A DNA stretch of 64,000 bases from Utricularia gibba. Taxonomy: Eukaryota; Plantae; Magnoliophyta. The notes beneath the pieces are model-generated. The model saw only the letters and a list, made by a program, of their open reading frames with translations. It was not told the DNA's origin and did not search any database. Shown here one piece after another: positions 54,101 to 64,000 of this stretch (positions within the stretch are counted from its first letter, which is position 1; each line of letters starts with the position of its first letter). The position numbers and the translations under genes are program-made. Location: positions 72,258 to 136,257 of the forward strand of contig NEEC01000107.1 of assembly GCA_002189035.1 (NCBI GenBank), read 5' to 3'.

Positions 54101-57100
54101 ACTTCAATAAATGCATCACGATTTTCGTCGAATAGGACCCGATTGGGCTCAGGAGTCGAACCGAACCTTGGGTCCGGAAACTTCCCAATGAAAGCACCCA
54201 CCAAAAAACGACAAGCTTTTCCTTCAGAAACCATGTAGGCAGCTGCCGAAAACCCAACGTTAATAAATGGATCACTTTTTTTGCCGGGCTACAAAATGAC
54301 TATGGGCCCGAGCCCGACCCGACCTCCGGCCCGATCCTGGTGCCCCTCGAGAGCGCCTCCTCAAATAAAAAAGCTTGTGGTTGAGAAACCATTTGGGTGC
54401 ATGACATCCTACTTCAATAAATGCATCACGATTTTCGTCGAATAGGACCCGATTGGGCTCAGGAGTCGAACAGAACCTTGGGTCCGGATGAACTTCCCAA
54501 CGAAAGCACCCACCAAAAACGACAAGCTTTTCCTTCAGAAAAAATGTAGGCAGCTGCCGAAAACCCAACGTTAATAAATGGATCACTTTTTTTGCCGGGC
54601 TACAAATGACTATGGGCCCGAGCCCGACCCGACCTCCGGCCGATCCTGGTGCCCCTCGAGAGCGCCTCCTCAAATAAAAGCTGTGGTTGAGAAAACCATT
54701 TGGGGTGCTCATGACATCCTAACTTCAATAAATGCATCACGATTTTCGTCGAATAGGACCCGATTGGGCTCAGGAGTCGAACCGAACCTTGGGTCCGGAC
54801 GAACTTCCCAATGAAAGCACCCAACCAAAAACGACAAGCTTTTCCTTCAGAAACATGTAGGCAGCTGCCGAAAACCCAACGTTAATAAATGGATCACTTT
54901 TTTTCCGGGCTACAAATGACTATGGGCCCGAGCCCGACCGACCTCCGCCCGATCCTGGTGCCCCTCGAGAGCGCCTCCTCAAATATAAAGCTTGTGGATG
55001 AGAAAACCATTTGGGGTGCTCATGACATCCTAACTTCAATAAATGCATCACGATTTTCGTCGAATAGGACCCGATTGGGCTCAGGAGTCGAACCGAACCT
55101 TGGGTCCGGACGAACTTCCCAATGAAAGCACCCAACCAAAAACGACAAGCTTTTCCTTCAGAAACCATGTAGGCAGCTGCCGAAAACCCAACGTTAATAA
55201 ATGGATCACTTTTTTTGCCGGGCTACAAATGACTATGGGCCCGAGCCCGACCCGACCTCCGGCCCGATCCTGGTGCCCCTCGAGAGCGCCTCCTCAAATA
55301 AAAAGCTGTGGTTGAGAAAACCATTTGGGGTGCTCATGACATCCTAACTTCAATAAATGCATCACGATTTTCGTCGAATAGGACCCGATTGGGCTCAGGA
55401 GTCGAACAGAACCTTGGGTCCGGATGAACTTCCCAACGAAAGCACCCACCAAAAACGACAAGCTTTTCCTTCAGAAAAATGTAGGCAGCTGCCGAAAACC
55501 CAACGTAATAAATGGATCACTTTTTTTGCCGGGCTACAAATGACTATGGGCCGAGCCCGACCCGACCTCCGGCCCGATCCTGTGCCCCTCGAGAGCGCCT
55601 CCTCAAATAAAAAGCTTGGTTGAGAAAACCATTTGGGGTGCTCATGACATCCTAACTTCAATAAATGCATCACGATTTTCGTCGAATAGGACCCGATTGG
55701 GCTCAGGAGTCGAACCGAACCTTGGGTCCGGACGAACTTCCCAATGAAAGCACCCAACCAAAAACGACAAGCTTTTCCTTCAGAAACCATGTAGCAGCTG
55801 CCGAAACCCAACGTTAATAAATGGATCACTTTTTTTGCCGGGCTACAAATGACTATGGGCCCGAGCCCGACCCGACCTCCGCCCGATCCTGGTGCCCTCG
55901 AGAGCGCCTCCTCAAATATAAAGCTTGTGGAGAAAAACCATTGGGGTGCTCATGACATCCTAACTTCAAAAAATGCATCACGATTTTCGTCGAATAGGAC
56001 CCGATTGGGCTCAGGAGTCGAACCGAACCTTGGGTCCACGAACTTCCCAATGAAAGCACCCAACCAAAACGACAAGCTTTTCCTTCAGAAACCATGTAGG
56101 CAGCTGCCGAAAACCCAACGTTAATAAATGGATCACTTTTTTTGCCGGGCTACAAATGACTATGGGCCCGAGCCCGACCGACCTCCGGCCCGATCCTGGT
56201 GCCCCTCGAGAGCGCCTCCTCAAATAAAAAGCTGTGGTTGAGAAAACCATTTGGGGTGCTCATGACATCCTAACTTCAATAAATGCATCACGATTTTCGT
56301 CGAATAGGACCCGATTGGGCTCAGGAGTCGAACCGAACCTTGGGTCCGGACGAACTTCCCAATGAAAGCACCCAACCAAAAACGACAAGCTTTTCCTTCA
56401 GAAACCATGTAGGCAGCTGCCGAAAACCCAACGTTAATAAAATGGATCACTTTTTTTGCGGGCTACAAATGACTATGGGCCCGAGCCCGACCCGACCTCC
56501 GGCCCGATCCTGGTGCCCCTCGAGAGCGCCTCCTCAAATAAAAGCATGTGGTTGAGAAAACCATTTGGGGTGCTCATGACATCCTAACTTCAATAAATGC
56601 ATCACGATTTTCGTCGAATAGGACCCGATTGGGCTCAGGAGTCGAACAGAACCTTGGGTCCGGATGAACTTCCCAACGAAAGCACCCACCAAAAACGACA
56701 AGCTTTTCCTTCAGAAAAATGTAGGCAGCTGCCGAAAACCCAACGTAATAAATGGATCACTTTTTTTGCCGGGCTACAAATGACTATGGGCCCGAGCCGA
56801 CCCGACCTCCGGCCCGATCCTGTGCCCCTCGAGAGCGCCTCCTCAAATAAAAAGCATGTGGTTGAGAAAACCATTTGGGGTGCTCATGACATCCTAACTT
56901 CAATAAATGCATCACGATTTTCGTCGAATAGGACCCGATTGGGCTCAGGAGTCGAACCGAACCTTGGGTCCGGACGAACTTCCCAATGAAAGCACCAACC
57001 AAAAACGACAAGCTTTTCCTTCAGAAACCATGTAGGCAGCTGCCGAAAACCCAACGTTAATAAATGGATCACTTTTTTTCCGGGCTACAAATGACTATGG

Positions 57101-60100
57101 GCCCGAGCCCGACCCGACCTCCGGCCCGATCCTGGTGCCCCTCGAGAGCGCCTCCTCAAATATAAAGCTTGTGGATGAGAAAACCATTTGGGGTGCTCAT
57201 GACATCCTAACTTCAAAAAATGCATCACGATTTTCGTCGAATAGGACCCGATTGGGCTCAGGAGTCGAACCGAACCTTGGGTCCGGACGAACTTCCCAAT
57301 GAAAGCACCCAACCAAAAACGACAAGCTTTTCCTTCAGAAACCATGTAGGCAGCTGCCGAAAACCCAACGTTAATAAATGGATCACTTTTTTTGCCGGGC
57401 TACAAATGACTATGGGCCCGAGCCCGACCCGACCTCCGGCCCGATCCTGGTGCCCCTCGAGAGCGCCTCCTCAAATAAAAAGCTGTGTTGAGAAAACCAT
57501 TTGGGGTGCTCATGACATCCTAACTTCAATAAATGCATCACGATTTTCGTCGAATAGGACCCGATTGGGCTCAGGAGTCGAACCGAACCTTGGGTCCGGA
57601 CGAACTTCCCAATGAAAGCACCCAACCAAAAACGACAAGCTTTTCCTTCAGAAACCATGTAGGCAGCTGCCGAAAACCCAACGTTAATAAATGGATCACT
57701 TTTTTTGCCGGGCTACAAATGACTATGGGCCCGAGCCCGACCCGACCTCCGGCCCGATCCTGGTGCCCTCGAGAGCGCCTCCTCAAATATAAGCTTGTGG
57801 ATGAGAAAACCATTTGGGGTGCTCATGACATCCTAACTTCAAATGCATCACGATTTTCGTCGAATAGGACCCGATTGGGCTCAGGAGTCGAACCGAACCT
57901 TGGGTCCGGCGAACTTCCCAATGAAAGCACCCAACCAAAAACGACAAGCTTTTCCTTCAGAAACCATGTAGGCAGCTGCCGAAAACCCAACGTTAATAAA
58001 TGGATCACTTTTTTTGCGGGCTACAAATGACTATGGGCCCGAGCCCGACCCGACCTCCGGCCCGATCCTGGTGCCCCTCGAGAGCGCCTCCTCAAATAAA
58101 AAGCTTGTGGTGAGAAAACCATTTGGGTGCTCATGACATCCTAACTTCAATAAATGCATCACGATTTTCGTCGAATAGGACCCGATTGGGCTCAGGAGTC
58201 GAACCGAACCTTGGGTCCGGACGAACTTCCCAACGAAAGCACCCACCCAAAAACGACAAGCTTTTCCTTCAGAAACATGTAGGCAGCTGCCGAAAACCCA
58301 ACGTTAATAAATGGATCACTTTTTTTGCCGGGCTACAAATGACTATGGGCCCGAGCCCGACCCGACCTCCGGCCCGATCCTGTGCCCCTCGAGAGCGCCT
58401 CCTCAAATAAAAGCTGTGGTTGAGAAAACCATTTGGGGTGCTCATGACATCCTAACTTCAATAAATGCATCACGATTTTCGTCGAATAGGACCCGATTGG
58501 GCTCAGGAGTCGAACCGAACCTTGGGTCCGGACGAACTTCCCAATGAAAGCACCCAACCAAAAACGACAAGCTTTTCCTTCAGAAACCATGTAGGCAGCT
58601 GCCGAAAACCCAACGTTAATAAATGGATCACTTTTTTTGCCGGGCTACAAATGACTATGGGCCCGAGCCCGACCCGACCTCCGGCCCGATGGTGCCCCTC
58701 GAGAGCGCCTCCTCAAATATAAAGCTTGTGGATGAGAAAACCATTTGGGGTGCTCATGACATCCTAACTTCAATAAATGCATCACGATTTTCGTCGAATA
58801 GGACCCGATTGGGCTCAGGAGTCGAACCGAACCTTGGGTCCGGACGAACTTCCCAATGAAAGCACCCAACCAAAAACGACAAGCTTTTCCTTCAGAAAAA
58901 ATGTAGGCAGCTGCCGAAAACCCAACGTTAATAAATGGATCACTTTTTTTCCGGGCTACAAATGACTATGGGCCCGAGCCCGACCCGACCTCCGCCCGAT
59001 CCTGGTGCCCCTCGAGAGCGCCTCCTCAAATATAAAGCTTGTGGATGAGAAAACCATTTGGGGTGCTCATGACATCCTAACTTCAATAAATGCATCACGA
59101 TTTTCGTCGAATAGGACCCGATTGGGCTCAGGAGTCGAACCGAACCTTGGGTCCGGACGAACTTCCCAATGAAAGCACCCAACCAAAAACGACAAGCTTT
59201 TCCTTCAGAAACCATGTAGGCAGCTGCCGAAAACCCAACGTTAATAAATGGATCACTTTTTTTGCCGGGCTACAAATGACTATGGGCCCGAGCCCGACCC
59301 GACCTCCGCCCGATCCTGGTGCCCCTCGAGAGCGCCTCCTCAAATATAAAGCTTGTGGATGAGAAAACCATTTGGGGTGCTCATGACATCCTAACTTCAA
59401 TAAATGCATCACGATTTTCGTCGAATAGGACCCGATTGGGCTCAGGAGTCGAACCGAACCTTGGGTCCGGACGAACTTCCCAATGAAAGCACCCACCAAA
59501 AACGACAAGCTTTTCCTTCAGAAAAATGTAGGCAGCTGCCGAAAACCCAACGTTAATAAATGGATCACTTTTTTTGCCGGGCTACAAATGACTATGGGCC
59601 CGAGCCCGACCCGACCTCCGGCCCGATCCTGGTGCCCCTCGAGAGCGCCTCCTCAAATATAAAGCTTGTGGATGAGAAAACCATTTGGGGTGCTCATGAC
59701 ATCCTAACTTCAATAAATGCATCACGATTTTCGTCGAATAGGACCCGATTGGGCTCAGGAGTCGAACCGAACCTTGGTCCGGACGAACTTCCCAATGAAA
59801 GCACCCACCAAAAACGACAAGCTTTTCCTTCAGAAACCATGTAGGCAGCTGCCGAAAACCCAACGTTAATAAATGGATCACTTTTTTTGCCGGGCTACAA
59901 ATGACTATGGGCCCGAGCCCGACCCGACCTCCGGCCCGATCCTGGTGCCCCTCGAGAGCGCCTCCTCAAATATAAAGCTTGTGGATGAGAAAACCATTTG
60001 GGGTGCTCATGACATCCTAACTTCAATAAATGCATCACGATTTTCGTCGAATAGGACCCGATTGGGCTCAGGAGTCGAACCGAACCTTGGGTCCGGACGA

Positions 60101-63100
60101 ACTTCCCAATGAAAGCACCCACCAAAAACGACAAGCTTTTCCTTCAGAAACCATGTAGGCAGCTGCCGAAAACCCAACGTTAATAAATGGATCACTTTTT
60201 TTGCCGGGCTACAAATGACTATGGGCCCGAGTTCGACCCGACCTCCGGCCCGATCCTGTGCCCCTCGAGAGCGCCTCCTCAAAAAAAAGCTGTGGTTGAG
60301 AAAACCATTTGGGGTGCTCATGACATCCTAACTTCAATAAATGCATCACGATTTTCGTCGAATAGGACCCGATTGGCTCAGGAGTCGAACCGAACCTTGG
60401 GTCCGGACGAACTTCCCAATGAAAGCACCCACCAAAAACGACAAGCTTTTCCTTCAGAAACATGTAGGCAGCTGCCGAAAACCCAACGTTAATAAATGGA
60501 TCACTTTTTTTGGGCTACAAATGACTATGGGCCCGAGCCCGACCCGACCTCCGGCCCGATCCTGGTGCCCCTCGAGAGCGCCTCCTCAAATATAAAGCTT
60601 GTGGATGAGAAAACCATTTGGGGTGCTCATGACATCCTAACTTCAATAAATGCATCACGATTTTCGTCGAATAGGACCCGATTGGGCTCAGGAGTCGAAC
60701 CGAACCTTGGGTCCGGACGAACTTCCCAATGAAAGCACCCACCAAAAACGACAAGCTTTTCCTTCAGAAACCATGTAGGCAGCTGCCGAAAACCAACGTT
60801 AATAAATGGATCACTTTTTTTGCCGGGCTACAAATGACTGGGCCCGAGCCGACCCGACCTCCGGCCCGATCCTGGTGCCCCTCGAGAGCGCCTCCTCAAA
60901 TAAAAGCTGGTTGAGAAAACCATTTGGGGTGCTCATGACATCCTAACTTCAATAAATGCATCACGATTTTCGTCGAATAGGACCCGATTGGGCTCAGGAG
61001 TCGAACCGAACCTTGGGTCCGGACGAACTTCCCAACGAAAGCACCCAACCAAAAACGACAAGCTTTTCCTTCAGAAACCATGTAGGCAGCTGCCGAAAAC
61101 CCAACGTTAATAAATGGATCACTTTTTTTGCCGGGCTACAAATGACTATGGGCCCGAGCCCGACCCGACCTCCGGCCCGATCCTGGTGCCCCTCGAGAGC
61201 GCCTCCTCAAATATAAAGCTTGTGGATGAGAAAACCATTTGGGGTGCTCATGACATCCTAACTTCAATAAATGCATCACGATTTTCGTCGAATAGGACCC
61301 GATTGGGCTCAGGAGTCGAACCGAACCTTGGGTCCGGACGAACTTCCCAATGAAAGCACCCAACCAAAAACGACAAGCTTTTCCTTCAGAAACCATGTAG
61401 GCAGCTGCCGAAAACCAACGTTAATAAATGGATCACTTTTTTTCCGGGCTACAAATGACTATGGGCCCGAGCCCGACCCGACCTCCGCCCGATCCTGTGC
61501 CCCTCGAGAGCGCCTCCTCAAATATAAAGCTTGTGGATGAGAAAACCATTTGGGGTGCTCATGACATCCTAACTTCAATAAATGCATCACGATTTTCGTC
61601 GAATAGGACCGATTGGGCTCAGGAGTCGAACCGAACCTTGGGTCCGGACGAACTTCCCAATGAAAGCACCCAACCAAAAACGACAAGCTTTTCCTTCAGA
61701 AACCATGTAGGCAGCTGCCGAAAACCCAACGTTAATAAATGGATCACTTTTTTGCCGGGCTACAAATGACTATGGGCCCGAGCCCGACCCGACCTCCGCC
61801 CGATCCTGGTGCCCCTCGAGAGCGCCTCCTCAAATATAAAGCTTGTGGATGAGAAAACCATTTGGGGTGCTCATGACATCCTAACTTCAATAAATGCATC
61901 ACGATTTTCGTCGAATAGGACCCGATTGGGCTCAGGAGTCGAACCGAACCTTGGGTCCGGACGAACTTCCCAATGAAAGCACCCAACCAAAAACGACAAG
62001 CTTTTCCTTCAGAAACCATGTAGGCAGCTGCCGAAAACCAACGTTAATAAATGGATCACTTTTTTTGCCGGGCTACAAATGACTATGGGCCCGAGCCGAC
62101 CCGACCTCCGGCCCGATCCTGTGCCCCTCGAGAGCGCCTCCTCAAATAAAAAGCATGTGGTTGAGAAAACCATTTGGGGTGCTCATGACATCCTAACTTC
62201 AATAAATGCATCACGATTTTCGTCGAATAGGACCCGATTGGGCTCAGGAGTCGAACAGAACCTTGGGTCCGGATGAACATCCCAACGAAAGCACCCACCA
62301 AAAACGACAAGCTTTTCCTTCAGAAAAATGTAGGCAGCTGCCGAAAACCCAACGTTAATAAATGGATCACTTTTTTTGCCGGGCTACAAATGACTATGGG
62401 CCCGAGCCCGACCCGACCTCCGCCCGATCTGGTGCCCCTCGAGAGCGCCTCCTCAAATATAAAGCTTGTGGATGAGAAAACCATTTGGGGTGCTCATGAC
62501 ATCCTAACTTCAAAAAATGCATCACGATTTTGTCGAATAGGACCCGATTGGGCTCAGAGTCGAACCGAACCTTGGGTCCGGACGAACTTCCCAATGAAAG
62601 CACCCAACCAAAAACGACAAGCTTTTCCTTCAGAAACCATGTAGGCAGCTGCCGAAAACCCAACGTTAATAAATGGATCACTTTTTTTGCCGGGCTACAA
62701 ATGACTATGGGCCCGAGCCCGACCCGACCTCCGGCCCGATCCTGGTGCCCCTCGAGAGCGCCTCCTCAAATATAAAGCTTGTGGATGAGAAAACCATTTG
62801 GGGTGCTCATGACATCCTAACTTCAATAAATGCATCACGATTTTCGTCGAATAGGACCCGATTGGGCTCAGGAGTCGAACCGAACCTTGGGTCCGGACGA
62901 ACTTCCCAATGAAAGCACCCACCAAAAACGACAAGCTTTTCCTTCAGAAACCATGTAGGCAGCTGCCGAAAACCAACGTTAATAAATGGATCACTTTTTT
63001 TGCCGGGCTACAAATGACTATGGGCCCGAGCCGACCCGACCTCCGGCCCGATCCTGGTGCCCCTCGAGAGCGCCTCCTCAAATAAAAAGCTTGTTGAGAA

Positions 63101-64000
63101 AACCATTTGGGGTGCTCATGACATCCTAACTTCAATAAATGCATCACGATTTTCGTCGAATAGGACCCGATTGGGCTCAGGAGTCGAACCGAACCTTGGG
63201 TCCGGACGAACTTCCAACGAAAGCACCCACCCAAAAACGACAAGCTTTTCCTTCAGAAACCATGTAGGCAGCTGCCGAAAACCCAACGTTAATAAATGGA
63301 TCACTTTTTTTGCCGGGCTACAAATGACTATGGGCCCGAGCCCGACCCGACCTCCGGCCCGATCCTGGTGCCCCTCGAGAGCGCCTCCTCAAATATAAAG
63401 CTTGTGGATGAGAAAACCATTTGGGGTGCTCATGACATCCTAACTTCAATAAATGCATCACGATTTTCGTCGAATAGGACCCGATTGGCTCAGGAGTCGA
63501 ACCGAACCTTGGGTCCGGACGAACTTCCCAATGAAAGCACCCAACCAAAAACGACAAGCTTTTCCTTCAGAAACCATGTAGGCAGCTGCCGAAAACCCAA
63601 CGTTAATAAATGGATCACTTTTTTTGCCGGGCTACAAATGACTATGGCCCGAGCCCGACCCGACCTCCGGCCCGATCCTGGTGCCCCTCGAGAGCGCCTC
63701 CTCAAATAAAAAGCATGTGGTTGAGAAAACCATTTGGGGTGCTCATGACATCCTAACTTCAATAAATGCATCACGATTTTCGTCGAATAGGACCCGATTG
63801 GGCTCAGGAGTCGAACCGAACCTTGGGTCCGGACGAACTTCCCAACGAAAGCACCCACCCAAAAACGACAAGCTTTTCCTTCAGAAAATGTAGGCAGCTG
63901 CCGAAAACCCAACGTTAATAAATGGATCACTTTTTTTGCCGGGCTACAAATGACTATGGGCCCGAGCCCGACCCGACCTCCGGCCCGATCCTAGTGCCCC
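48200..64000 (+). repeat. Distal subfamily domain (ttcaataaatgc near-fixed; caatgaaagc and acccaacc common)
   Basis: From ~48200 nearly every monomer has aataaat instead of aaaaaat. caatgaaagc first appears at 47056. cctagtg is not seen between ~47820 and 63990. Confidence 0.9.
50433..57790 (+). repeat. Incipient ~1.24-kb (4-monomer) higher-order repeat
   Basis: The marker gaacagaacc occurs at 50433, 51672, 51978, 53226, 54468, 55404 and 56644 (steps of 4,1,4,4,3,4 monomers). Blocks at 55261 and 56501 share several markers at a 1240-1247 bp offset. Confidence 0.65.

Larger units (their letters stand above)
1..64000 (+). repeat. Tandem satellite DNA array, ~305-315 bp monomer, head-to-tail, ~206 copies, open at both window ends
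   Basis: The same ordered motifs (ggctcaggagtcgaacc, gacaagcttttccttcag, ggcagctgccgaaaaccc, ctcgagagcgcctcctc, ggggtgctcatgacatcc, gcatcacgattttcgtcg) recur every ~310 bp from base 1 to 64000. I found no non-repeat insert and no orientation switch. Clean late copies are spaced 313-314 bp (gtggatgag at 59041, 59355, 59668, 59981). Confidence 0.99.

Noticed and set aside
137-63930. Hundreds of 60-234 aa ORFs on both strands
   Set aside because: They are the same few repeat-derived peptides in shifting frames, started and ended by homopolymer indels. No frame is preserved across units and I recognise no protein domain.
1-64000. CRISPR array
   Set aside because: No unique spacers; the whole ~310-bp unit repeats, and there are no cas genes.
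1-64000. Rolling-circle concatemer of a viroid-sized circle or eccDNA
   Set aside because: Linked haplotypes are arranged in positional domains and in a 4-mer register, which repeated copying of a single template would not give.
1-64000. A regular higher-order repeat spanning the proximal 47 kb
   Set aside because: Marker alleles (ttg slot, ctgac, gagttc, ggggcc) recur at irregular intervals of 1-13 monomers; no constant period is visible by eye.

Overview
The entire 64-kb window is one uninterrupted, single-orientation tandem satellite array of a ~305-315 bp unit (about 206 copies by division, not counted). I see no gene, RNA gene, transposon, CRISPR array or unique DNA; all listed ORFs are frame-shifting translations of the repeat. 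The unit is a diverged dimer of two ~155-bp halves. The array is organised into sequence-variant domains, with a sharp subfamily switch at ~47-48 kb and an incipient 4-monomer (~1.24 kb) higher-order repeat at ~50.4-57.8 kb. Each unit carries a consensus Pol III B-box on the minus strand, inside a predicted hairpin loop and followed by a T6 run. Several recurrent variants look like CG/CHG methylation-deamination, tentatively pointing to a plant (peri)centromeric or heterochromatic satellite. Abundant homopolymer indels suggest an uncorrected long read, so single-copy variants are unreliable. The species and satellite family could not be identified from sequence alone.
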